From contig OX597828.1 of NCBI GenBank assembly GCA_951406725.2, forward strand, positions 55,118,001 through 55,182,000: a stretch of DNA of 64,000 nt, given 5' to 3'. This DNA comes from Octopus vulgaris. Taxonomy: Eukaryota. The position numbers and the translations under genes are program-made. Positions 25,567 to 37,504 of the stretch are shown piece after piece. Numbering within the stretch: the stretch's first letter is position 1; every line of letters starts with the position of its first letter. The notes below the pieces were generated by a model. It did not search any database and had not been told where the DNA came from. It saw only the letters and a program-made list of their open reading frames with translations.

Positions 25567-27630
25567 CTGATCAACTATGCTCTCGTCATCATCAATATAT
25601 TTTTGAAAGTCAACCAGTGGTTTCAGGCCATCGTACGTTACATATTCAGAACTGCTACGAGTCTCATTGTCTTTATGGACAGTTACTGCTAATTGGTATC
25701 GACTCCAGGATCGACTTCGTTCCGTGCCGCGATCAAGGGGTAATAATTCTTTGCTCATTGAATTAATTTGGATTCTATATGATCTAGGAATACCTTGTTC
25801 GGTTCTAAATTTGTCGTTGCTAAAGACTAAATATTTCGGTCTAGAAAAGTCAAATTTGTACGCAGCTTCCTTTTCTGTAGAAACAAGTTTTCTCCTAAAT
25901 TTATTTTGATAATAATATTTTTCACCTCCCCATTTTCGGTTGTCAGTTTTATCACCTTCAATATTTAACATTTCAAATCGATTTTTGATCCCTTTGATGT
26001 CTATATCAATTCGGTAATTGAATAAATACTGGTGAATATTTCCGTGTAAGTGTTTATGGAGGTGATTACCGTAACGTTTTTCATCGCTTTTAGGGTAGGT
26101 TCCCATTATATAACCTGTGGGAATGCTACGAACTTCCACTGCCCCGTTCTGGTGGAAAACAAAGTCAAAAATATAATCGCGGTTGATCACAGTTGTGATT
26201 GTTCGAAAGACTAAAACATCATCCATCATTCCTGTATAGAATCTTCCAGATCGTTTTGTTGAAGAATGGTGCCGTCGCAGAGGAATCCCAGTGTTTTGTT
26301 CGAAAACACAGATTGAAAATGGGTTCTTTTCAACTATGTCTTTACTTCGTTCAGAAAAATAGTAAGTTGGGATCATCAAAGAATGTTCTGGACAATCGGC
26401 ACCTGGTATCAGACCGTTATTTGTTCTGCCGTACATAGCAAAGCTATCATAATAATTGGCAAGCATTGTTCCTGGATTTTGTCCTGAATAATGGACAGCT
26501 ACTTCTTGGAGACTAAGTTCATAGATAATTCGTTCTTCCTGATAGCGTATATTAAATAATTGAGGCCCGGTAACTGGGGATAGTCTATAGATAAATTTCC
26601 ATTTCATATATTCAATTTCTGACCCAACAACCCGGTACCTTTTACCGTCTGGCTCTGTTTGGTAAACACGGCGTTGACCTGTAGTTGGAAAGGTTTCGCC
26701 TCGTAAATTTGCTGTAGAAAATAAGTTTCCATTCTTAACAGGAAATTTCCTCCGCACTTTTTTAACAGATGGATCGTTTTGATAACGGTCAACAAATTCT
26801 GTGATAGTTTTGAACAGTTGCCCTTCGTACCAAATTGCCTTTATTGAGAAATCCGTCGGATTGTTCCCTGTTAAATCCAATAAAATATTCATGTCCAAAG
26901 GGTACAGTGAAGAATATTCCATCTGATAGGAAAGCATGATCCACTTCAGTCTTTCTTCGGTTCTGGTAATGGTAGAAGAAACAGGTGTTGCCAAATAGAA
27001 TGTCAGGCACCGGTCTCCACAGTTTAACAAAGAAGAACCGTAACTTTCTCTCATTATTCTACCCAAATCTCGTTCTAATATATAAATAAATCTGTCGTTT
27101 TCAACGAGCCACTCTGTCTCGCTAGCAGGTCTAAAAGAAAATGGGACTGTTGTTTGTAAGGTATGCTGTGTCGGCTCAGGTAGGGGACCAACATTATACT
27201 CTTCAACAACAGGTTTTCTTTTGTCTCCACGAAAGATAACAACTTTAGCGTTTCTTTGCGGCTGTCCAGCCCTACCTTCTAAATAAGCAACAACTTCAGA
27301 TTTCTTGGGTAACATTAATTCGATATTATTCACGTAACTAACATTAATACTGTTGACTTTTTCTGGATGCACGATATTTAAATCGGACTGGTTTTTAACG
27401 TAATCGAATACTGAACGTATTTCTTTGGGTGATAAATCCGCAAATATTACAGGTTTCTCTGGATTAGCGATTATATAACTGGCAAGACCTTCGTTACACA
27501 CTTCAGCACGTAATCGCTTTAACTCGATCACTGACAGAATTGAAAATGTCACAAAGCCTACAATTAGGCCAAGTGTGAAAACAAAGAACACAGAACCGCA
27601 TAGTTTCCAATTGCATTCTTTTTCCGTCAT
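25567..27630 (-). CDS. Copper amine oxidase-like protein (AOC1/AOC3 family), large first coding exon, 688 codons; predicted catalytically inactive
   Basis: ATG directly follows the acceptor tttttcag; phase-0 donor CAG|gtaagc at 25566. N-terminal hydrophobic anchor; family motifs IFADLSPKEI, GPLPEP, IYELSLQEV, GADCP, CVFEQNTGIPLRRHHS, DFVFHQNGAVEV, WSRYQLAVT. Confidence 0.93.
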
Positions 27631-28189
27631 CTGAAAAACAAAACAAAAAAAAAGGTTATTCAAGAATATTGTGTGGAATTGAGTTGGTAGTATATTACAA
27701 ATTTGTAGAATATAGGGGATAACCGATTTAATCCCGACTTGGACAAGATTTGAACTCCGAAATAGAAGAAACTAAATACATAGAGATATACGCATGCGCA
27801 AATGAAGACATATACAATAGAAATACAAAATGGCTGACGGTTAATAAGGAGAACACACAAATAAGAAAGAAGAAAGCAAAGGACCACTGATGCGGTCACA
27901 GGAGTGTGACGAAAGAACTCTGGCCGAAATAAGATTAAGATTAATGTAAAAAATAAATAACGCTGAAGCAAAGTAACACACCAAATATATAGTGCGTGTG
28001 TTTTTATTGGCTAAACTGTCACAATAACCATTCCTAAATACAACAATAAACTAAATACTGTTTAGCATTTAATCACTTTCTGTCATTTGGCTGCGTTTTT
28101 CACATTAAATATTGTATTTTATTCCCTTTGTAATTTATGCAATCACTAAGCCGTGCACCTCCTGTCTGTCTGTCTATCTATCTATACAC

Positions 28190-28670
28190 TTCTTCCATTG
28201 ATGTTGAAGTGCTTGGGTTCCGTTGGTGAGGAAGCTTTAATTATGTTGGCCAAAAATGTCAACAGTAGATGACTTCATCCTAAAAGCGACACTGGTTCCC
28301 ATCCAAGTGTTTTTTCATGCTGGGGAACAGATGATAGTTGCGGCCGAATCAGGAGAATAGGGTCGGTGTTCAACCAGTTCAAATCCACAGTTATGCACAG
28401 CAACCATTGAAACTAATGGTTTGTATGCTGGAGCATTGTCCTGACGAAACAAGATCCCTTTCGTTCGTTTTTCTTGGAGTTTGGTCTTGGTAGCCTTTCG
28501 TAAATGCCTCTGCAAGTTAGTATAGTACTCTCCATTGAGGGTGTGGCCTTTTTAGAGATAGGCAATAAACACAATGCCTTTTGCACCCCACAAATCACCT
28601 TCCCTGCAAATGAAATGACCTTGGAGTTCTTTGGAGTAGGTGAGGAGGGGCGTTTCCACTTCATGGAGGT
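28190..28670 (-). mobile_element. Mariner transposase remnant (frameshifted)
   Basis: WKRPSSPTPK, AGKV..WGAKGIVFIAYL, GEYY, ILFRQDNAPAY and HRPYSPDSA are mariner DD34D-region motifs. Confidence 0.88.
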
Positions 28671-29039
28671 GTTTGAAATTGATTAGAGGGAGGTGAATAG
28701 AGAGGGAGTGAGATGCTGACAGGTTAGTATCCAATAGAGTGGAGTAGTATTAACTGCTTTTGTTTGAAGAGGAGAAATGAAAGAAGGGAAAGAACACCAC
28801 TTATGAGGGTGGTGAAGCTATAAGGGAGGTGGGATATAGTGGGTTGGAGGAATTTTCAAAGGTAACAATGAGTAGGAATAGCTTAATGAGAAGGGTGATA
28901 TTAGTTGAGATCTAAGTTGCTTGGCTGACCTTGTCGTACCTCAAGGTTAATTTTAATTGAGGATACTTATAGATATGGGATTATATAAATTTAATAAAAT
29001 GGGCAAATGATGAGTAGAACCTGTGTTTACATGAAAGTA

Positions 29040-29231
29040 TTATATTTGAGAATCTTTTAAGTTAGAGGAGTTGTGGTGTCGAAGGATGGTTAGCGATTCT
29101 CTTAAACATAATTCACACATACCGATGTCTGCATTGTATGGGGAAGCTTCATTTACGATGGTCCAGGATAGAGTATAGGGAACATTTTCAGATTTGAGGT
29201 TGTGTATATAAGAACTTTTTTCTCCATCCAA
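29040..29231 (-). mobile_element. Penelope-like GIY-YIG C-terminal fragment
   Basis: SSYIHNLKSENVPYTLSWTIVNEASPYNADIGMCELCLRESLTI matches the W.I...A..Y.....CxLCLxE pattern; same type as 54696-55181. Confidence 0.7.
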
Positions 29232-30622
29232 AATCTAAATTATCTACCTCCATAGCAACTTATATGCATCATGAAAATAAGCGGGTGAGTAATTAAAAAC
29301 ATAACTGTATAATGTAATATGATGTGCTACAGGACGTCAATTGTACGTAAATAGCCTATCTGAAATTTTATTACAATTAATTTTATGAATATTCATACTG
29401 TTTTACATACAGTGCCTTTAGTTTAAGTGACTTACCCAGAAGAGAAGAGCGCCTGTGAACTTATTTTTAGACGGACGGTGTCCGAAAAGTTCATAGCAGT
29501 AACATACATAGCCTGTAGTTTTGTCGTAAGATAATTTACATATTGTGCCTAATACGTCGGCGATAAATTCGCAAGCTTCTTTTTTTTATTCGTAAATTGG
29601 TTACTAAATTACTTAAAGATTTTATCGTCAGAATAATTACACCAGTTAACATTTTGAAAACTTTTATTCGTTGAGCAAATGCGTCATTAAACATTTATTT
29701 AAAATTTTATTGACAGATTAAGTACGTTGTATTTCTTATCAAAGAAGGATAAATTAAAATACGAAAAATTATTGATGTGAAATGTATTCAAAATATAAAG
29801 ATGAAAAACAAATCGAAATTTAAATGTGTATTATAATTTGCTTGAAGCCTTGTAATGTGTGCAAATGATTTAAATGTTTGAAAAAGCCTTTCAGCAATGC
29901 AAGTGGGAAATTAGGTAGGTTTTGTAAGGAGATCTTGGTAAACATAAACAAAGAGAAAATATATTGTAGTACGTTACATAGATTGTTTAATGAAAATATT
30001 TCGGGAAAGATTCCCTTCTTCAAATAAAGGGTAATCAAAGATTTTCAAAATATGCGTCGTTACCTGAAGGCATTCCAAGTTTATTTTTAAAACAAAATTC
30101 AAGAAAAGTGTTATTAGAGGATTATTTTAAACTAGAGAAAGAAAAACCATTCTAAAAAAAGACAAATGAGGAGAAAGAAACTCTTAACAAATCCTGTATT
30201 TCACAAATGGTGGTATGCATTCACAAAGTTTTAAATTTTTGTTCTATTAACTTCCTTTTTATATATTTGTTCCTTTTGCAATTCTTCATTGCCCCCCCCC
30301 CCTTTTCAAGATTTTAAAATATTTCCAGTTTGTAGGATGGATTTTTTTGTTGTATTAATCAAGTGGGATACATTCATTCTGCAGATATAAAAGCAAAACG
30401 AAGAATGTATCGACAAGTATTTGGCTTTTCAGGCGATTAACGTGTGATAAAATTACAGGCAATGTAATTAAACACAATTAATTAAAAGAAATCTTTTAAG
30501 AGCAGTCAGTGGACCCGATTATTTGCAACAGAGTTGAATATGTTAAAGGTATCCACAGTTTAGATGATAGTATTAAACAGTGAACCACATAAAAAAGGAA
30601 CAAGATTCCTTCCACAGAGTTT

Positions 30623-30857
30623 CTTATTTCTTTATTGCCCACAAGGGGATACACACAGAGGGGACAAACAAGGACAGACAAAGGGATTAAGTTGATTACA
30701 TCGACCCCAGTGCGTAACTGGTACTTAATTTATCGACCCCGAAAGGATGAAAGGCAAAGTTGACCTCGGCGGAATTTGGACTCAGAACGTAACGGCAGAA
30801 GAAATACTGCTAAGCATTTTGCCCGGCGTGCTAACGTTTCTGCCAGCTCGCCACCTT
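30623..30857 (-). mobile_element. SINE family A
   Basis: Family A; flanked by cacagagtttct / cacagtttct. Confidence 0.88.
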
Positions 30858-31113
30858 AAGCACAGTTTCTATCAACCCGATTGATATGCACACGGCTGTG
30901 GTAGATCCGGGGCTATGGTGGAATATACATGTCAAAGGCGTCGCGCAGTGGGTTTGAACGGGAAATTCCGTAGTAATGAAACTAACATCGTAACCACAAA
31001 ATCCCCTCTACAACAAGTGTGGTGCCTCAGGGAAGGTCTGATCGAGTAAACAGATAACGCAAAGTGTCTCATCCTTCAAAATCTTTTTTTTTAAAGATAT
31101 ATTCAAAGGAGGG

Positions 31114-31620
31114 TGGAGGTGCAATGGCCCAGTGGTTAGGGCAGTGGACTCGCGGTCGTTGGATCACGGTTTCGATTCCCAGACCGGGCATTGTGAGTGT
31201 TTATTTAGCGAAAACACCTAAAGCTCCACGAGGCTCCTGCAGGGGTGGAGTGAACCTTGCTGTACTCTTTCACCACAACTTTCTTTCACTCTTTCCTCCT
31301 GTTTCTGTTGTACCTGTATTTCAAAAGGCCAGCCTTGTCTCACTCTGTGTCACGCCGAATCTCCCTGAAAACTACGTTAAGGGTACACGTGTCTGTGGAG
31401 TGCTCAGCCACTTACACGTTAATAAATGAGCTGCGACGTCACTGGTGCCAAGCTGTATCGGCCCCTTTGCCTTTCCCATGGATAACGTCGGTGGCGCGGA
31501 GAGGGGAAGCTGGTATGCGTGGGCGATGCTGGTCTTCCATAGACAACCTTGCCCAGACTTGTGCCTCAGAGGGTAACTTTCTCGGTGCAATCCCATGGTC
31601 ATTCATGACTGAAGGGGGTC
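31114..31620 (+). mobile_element. Mosaic SINE (family B head + two family-D bodies)
   Basis: 31114-31300 resembles 474/16998; 31310-31422 resembles 32870-32980; 31425-31620 resembles 56720-56920. Confidence 0.8.
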
Positions 31621-32756
31621 ACAGCTCAAAGAAGGACTACGTTACGCGATGATTTTTATTTTGAGAAAAATTAAGGTATAATCTGAGAGGGATTCCGCTG
31701 TTAATTCTAGCTGTACAAGCAACCATGTATAGGGTGTACCGTTGGTTTGTTTAGTTTCGGTGGTGTATGAGAATTTGATAACGCTCAGTGTGTCTACAGC
31801 TGCAGCCTGGTTCAGCACAATCAAAACCTCACTTCACGATGCTGAATAAATAGGGCCGTCAGTCTACAGCTGAACAACATCAAGTGCAGACGTGAGACAA
31901 TATTTTCAGCCCTGTTTTGGAGTGAAATGTTTGATTGTTATTTTAGTGTCACGTGTAACTGTAAATTTTTCCCCCACTCTATCTTATCTGTTGTACATAA
32001 ACCCCACATTTTCTTGGCTATTTATAATACAGTCTGCCGTTATTTAGACATATGACATTTACAGAAACTTAGTCAGCATACTGTGACTTAGTAACCATTG
32101 TAGCCCAGTGGCAAAAAGGAATTGAAAGCAACAGAAATTGGCATGCGGTCTATATTAAAACTATTAAATTGGTCATAACAGTTCCTGTTTAACAATATTA
32201 AGGAAATGATGAGGGCCGAACGAATAAGGCATCATAGCAATCACTTACAAGATGTCGTTCGAGGCAACTAGGAAACCCCAGAAATAGCAACCATATTCCA
32301 TTCAAAGCACACCATACTAATATAAAAAGGGAATGGCAGAGTGAACAACGTACTCCTGAATAAATTGTCAACAAATAAGATGGGATGGTTATGGGTAGCA
32401 CGCTCTGATTATGTATATGCTTTATCAAAACCATCCTGGGTATTAAGAACGGTAGATCAAAAGTTTTGTAGTTCGTATTTTGATACAGTGTTTCTATACA
32501 TGAGAGACTTAATTCTCAAATAGCCCAGAGCTCCTGGCTTATGGAGTATATAAAAAAAAACAACACTAACAATAAATTCAACACTGTTAGCAGTAGTACC
32601 ACTATACTCTTGAGTATTTTGTTAGTCAAGAATACTGCTTTCCAATCCAACTCCTAGAAAATTCTAGAGTTTGTTGATAAATTGAGCGCAGTGGGAAAGA
32701 TTGGGGTCAGGTTCACCGGTTTACAGGTTAATATAGTAACTCAAAGTACAGAGTGA

Positions 32757-33046
32757 AGGTGCATGTTTTAGTGGTTAGATTATTCGGCCCACGATCGTAA
32801 GGTCCTGAGTTCGATATCCACTTTATTTCGCGCTGCTCCAGTCTGCTCAGTTGGCAAAAATGAGTAGTTTCTGCATTTCAAAGGGCTAACCTTGCTATAT
32901 CATGTGTCCTGTTGAATATCCCTGAGAACTGCGTTAAGGGTACGCGTGTCTGTGGAGTGCTCAGCCACTTGCAAGTTAAATTCACGAACAGGCTGTTCCG
33001 TTGATAGCATCAACTGGCGCTGTCGTCGTCGTAACCAACGGAGTAC
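32757..33046 (+). mobile_element. SINE family D
   Basis: tRNA-like head (tagtggttag...gagttcgat) and body shared with 16420-16735. Confidence 0.78.
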
Positions 33047-33675
33047 CAGAAATACTCACCCACAAAGTCAAGTGGGATTGGATCTATATACAGATTCGCA
33101 AAACCTTCATACCGATTCTTGACTAGCTGCTGCTTCCAGCTGTTATTTATTTGTTTAATTCTGTTTCTTTTCAGCGACCACCAAAAGAGCATGTGCTGAA
33201 TTACAGAACGAATAAACTTCTACATGTGTATATTAAACGAGAACTTCACACTCGAACGCGTACTGAACACTATGCTTCACAGATCGGTACGAATTAAATC
33301 CGATAGCAAACCAAAGATGACGGAACTGTTACAACCTTCATTCGTCTTCACAGCTGTTGAGTTCAAATAAACTTTATCCGTTAAAGCTAGCGTTAAGATC
33401 ATCTAGATGGTACTTTGGGTCATTCTCAAGACTTTATAGACTTTGACCTTCCGACTATGGGTAGCTTTAACCAAATTAATGTTTCTGACGGCATCGCTCT
33501 CAGAATCGCAGGAGCCCTGTCTTCACTAAAAGGCAAAAAACATTGCAACGCCGCTTATCGCCTTAGTAATAGTTATTTTTTACATAGAGTCACAACCAGA
33601 ACAGAACTTTAAAACGTTGTTACAGTTGATTTAAATATCAATGAAACATTGCGTTATGTTGCTTTTTTCAATATA

Positions 33676-33797
33676 CATGGTTCCGGGTTCAGTCCCACTA
33701 CGAGGCATCTTAGCAAGTGTCTTCTACTATAGCCTCGAGCCGACAAAAGCCTTGTGAGTGGATTTGGTAGACGGAAACTGAAAGAAGCCCGTCGTAC

Positions 33798-33842
<45 letters not shown>

Positions 33843-34070
33843 GTGTGTGTGTGTGCATATATGTTTGTGTGTCTGTGTTTGTCCCTCCCTCAACATCGCT
33901 TGACAATCGATGTTGGTGTGTTTACGTACCCGTAACTTAGCGGTTCGGCAAAAGAGTCCGATAGAATAAGTACTAGATTTACAAAGAAAAAGTCCTGGGA
34001 TCGATTTGCTCGGCTAAAGGCGATGCTCCAGCATGGCCGCAGTCAAATGACTGACACAAGTAAAAGAGTA
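33676..34070 (+). mobile_element. SINE family C, 5'-clipped
   Basis: ggttccgggttcagtccc...gtgagtggatttggtagacggaaactgaaagaagcccgtcg-(TA/TG)n-...aagtaaaagag. Confidence 0.85.
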
Positions 34071-34584
34071 TATTTTCACGAATGACTTTCAAAAAAGTTA
34101 ATATTACAACGAAAGTTAATGTTATGACTCACGTTCTGAGATCAATTTCCTCCGACTTTGCCTTTCATCCTTTTGGGGTCGATTGAATATGTACTAGTTA
34201 CGCACTGGGGCCGATGTAATCGACTTAATCCCTTTGTCCTGTCCTTGTTTGTCCCATCTATCTTTAGCCTCCTGTGGGCAATAAAGAAATAGATATACTG
34301 GGGCCGATGTAATTGATTTACTCCGCCAAAATTGCTGGTCTTGTGTTAAAATCTGAAATCAATATTACCGTGGAATGTTTTGTTCTCTCTTTCGCTCATA
34401 TACTTTCAATCTTTTTGTCTTCCAATAAATTTTTCTCTTTTTTTAGAGTCATATCTCTCTTTCAACTTAGTATTCGGGTAATATTTCAGCAAATGTTTTC
34501 GACTTGAGTTTCTAACCCTCCCTCACCACACACACGTACACGCGCGCGCGCAGCCTATGATGTGTATGCGTTTGTTTGTTTGTT

Positions 34585-34967
34585 GAGCGAAGCGGTCTTC
34601 GTTCCAGAGCTCGCAAGATCGCGCCTCTGTAGTGGGAAAAGTCCGAAACGTGGTCCTTTGCTATTCGTAAGACTCGCGGACGAGAAAGCAGGTCAACCCC
34701 CGACACCGAGAGCATTGACGGATGGATGAATACGCACCCAGGCTCAGCGGTTGCGTAGGAAGTCGGGGACAAGAAACAAGAAGAAAGAGTGAGAGAAAGT
34801 TGGATCGAAAGAGTACAACAGGGGTCGCCACCACCCCCTGCTAGACCCTCGTGGAACTTTAGGTGTTTTCGCTCAATAAACACACACAACGCCCAGTCTG
34901 GGAATCGAAACCGCGATCCTCCGACCGCGAGACCGCTGCCCTAACGACTGGGCCATTGCGCCTCCAC
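34585..34967 (-). mobile_element. SINE family B
   Basis: Reverse complement of 16998-17372. Confidence 0.87.
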
Positions 34968-35469
34968 TGTGTATGTGTGTATGTGTGAGTGGGATAGACA
35001 TTGGCACACACATAAGTTACTCGCGAACATTCACCTATTGATGTAATTTATATTGCACCTGAATAGATAACTACTGAAATATCGTTGAAATTATGTCAGA
35101 AACATTGAGATACGTCGTTATCAAATAGTTGTGTATCTCTGCCTTAGCTCAGCTCAGCTTCTGGAGCGAGCTTAGATCGTCAGATTAAATTAATCGACGC
35201 TTACCGTACCTGTGTGAGTGCGTATTTCCTTGTGTGTGTGTGTGTGTGTGTGTGGTATGTGTTTTTGTGTGTGAAGGTGTGTAAGAGATAGACTGTCGAA
35301 GTTTGAGTGCGTGCACACTTGCTTATGTGTGTGTATTGCTCCTTGTATTTGCACATATGTATATTTACGTAGATGTGTTTGTATGTATAGATACATACAT
35401 GCACACACAGAGGCACATAATATATATATACACTTATATATATATATGTGTGTGTGTGTATATATATAC

Positions 35470-35516
<47 letters not shown>

Positions 35517-35535
35517 CATATGTTTGCATACATAC

Positions 35536-35572
<37 letters not shown>

Positions 35573-36334
35573 TATATGTATATAGGTATATACATATGCA
35601 CTCGCACACACTCATGTGTTTACGTTTTACAGATACACAGCTACCTGCACACGCATACACACACAAACACATACACACACACACTCACACACACACACAC
35701 ACACACACATACATCTGAATACGTATAGCAAGAGATGTAGATTGGCAACAAAAAAGAAAGGTTTCATTATCTCCTTACTTGATGAGGTATTTTGAAATCA
35801 TCTCTTGCTGTTGTGTTGCAAAGTCATAGGATTCGATGTGTGACGAGATGAAGACTATAAGACACGTGCCAATAATGGCATCCATTTACAAGTTTTACGG
35901 TAAATACCTTTGCATAATTCACTGTTGATGTTCACCATGTGTTCCTCTGCAGGTTTCTGCTTAGGAAGACATGTCAAAGAGTTCTAAGAATATAAGTATC
36001 ACCATGTGTTGAGTCTTTTTTGAGAGGGCCATTCTTCCCCCGCCCCACAAATACATATTTTAGGTGCAAGTGTGACTGAATGGTAAGAAACTTGCTACTC
36101 AACCACACTGTATTTCCGGGTTCAGTCCCACTGCGCGGCATCTTGTACAAGTGTTTTCTACTATAGCATCGGGTCGCCCAAAACCATGCAAGTGGATTTG
36201 GTAGACGGACACTGTGAGAAGTCCGTTGTATATATACATACATACATATATACATACATACATACATACATGCACACATGCATACATGCATACATGCATA
36301 CATACGTGCATACATACATACATACATACATACA

Positions 36335-36365
<31 letters not shown>

Positions 36366-36520
36366 TGGATTGGCGCAATCTCAAGATTAATCAGCCGAAA
36401 TTGCGAGGATAATCCGGTTCTTGACTGAAGATTGAAGGCTTCGAATGACCCGTCCGTGTTTTTTGTATCGTCTCCTGAATGTTTTGCGTTCTTGTCCCGT
36501 TTTGCATTTTATATATATAT

Positions 36521-37066
36521 ATATTAGTTATCGCCATACTAATATGTCATTCTTATAAAAATAAGAATAAAGCTGACCGCTTATTAGCTCCATGAGGCCA
36601 TCGCCTTAAGTTAGCTATTTGATACACAAACTGTATCCATATAACCTTTGAACAAGGGAGGTCAGTCGCTCCACACTACTTGGCCGGCAGCTACAGACGC
36701 GTTTCGGGGTATTGCCCCTTTTCAATGCAGCGTAGCCAAACCAGTAGGTGTCGCTTCTGACAATCTCTGTTCAAAGGTTTTATTTACCTAGCTTCGGTGG
36801 AATACATCCACTTGTTTTCAATAATAGAAATATTAAAATTACTAAGTCTCTCTAAAAGAGAACAACGGCAGCGTTCCCGGAAAATATTAGTTATCGCCAT
36901 ACTAATATGGCATTCTTATAAAAATAAGAATAAAGCTGACCGCTTATTAGCTCCATGAGGCCATCGCCTTAAGTTAGCTATTTGATACACAAACTGTATC
37001 CATATAACCTTTGAACAAGGGAGGTCAGTCGCTCCACACTACTTGGCCGGCAGCTACAGACGCGTT
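36521..37066 (-). mobile_element. Retrozyme-like / PLE-derived 1.5-mer inserted in (TA)n
   Basis: 183-bp direct repeats (36521-36703 and 36884-37066, one mismatch), 363-bp period, hammerhead at 36690-36731. Confidence 0.75.
36690..36731 (-). ncRNA. Minimal type I hammerhead ribozyme, U3-A8 core variant
   Basis: GCUGCA UUGAAAA GGGG-CAAUA-CCCC GAAA CGCG UC UGUAGC: 6-bp stem I, 4-bp stem II, palindromic stem III, GUC cleavage triplet. Confidence 0.75.
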
Positions 37067-37384
37067 ATATATATTTAATGAAATGGATAAATGAATTATC
37101 TTGTTACGGATTATTCAAAATTTAACCGATACCTGTGTAGCAAAAATCACATCAGAAAAGACACGGTTGAGGTTACGACCATGGGGTTTCGCCCCCGTGC
37201 TTTAGCGCGGATAATTGAAGTTTTATATATTTAGTGAAGGGAAGAAATGGAGCCGAACGAAGATTCTACAAAATTCCTTTCTATTATTTTCAAACCGAAT
37301 TTGGGAATTTGCAGCCTTTGAAACATGTGTAGAAAATAATAAAAAGGAATTTTGTAGAATCTTCGTTCGGCTCCATTTCTTCCT

Positions 37385-37442
<58 letters not shown>

Positions 37443-37463
37443 TACATACATATATATACATAA

Positions 37464-37504
<41 letters not shown>

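Noticed and set aside
26173-26184. RNA editing or a base-call error restoring the TPQ Tyr
   Set aside because: CGC to TAY and CGA to CAY each need two changes, A-to-I editing cannot make them, and three separate sites are affected.
25567-27630. Horizontal transfer or retrocopy origin of the 2-kb exon
   Set aside because: The motifs and membrane anchor are animal AOC type, and the gene retains spliceosomal introns.
27631-27663. N-terminal extension MNNLFFCFVFQ of the 706-aa ORF, and C-terminal VSIFFRL
   Set aside because: These are the intronic polypyrimidine tract/acceptor and donor read-through.
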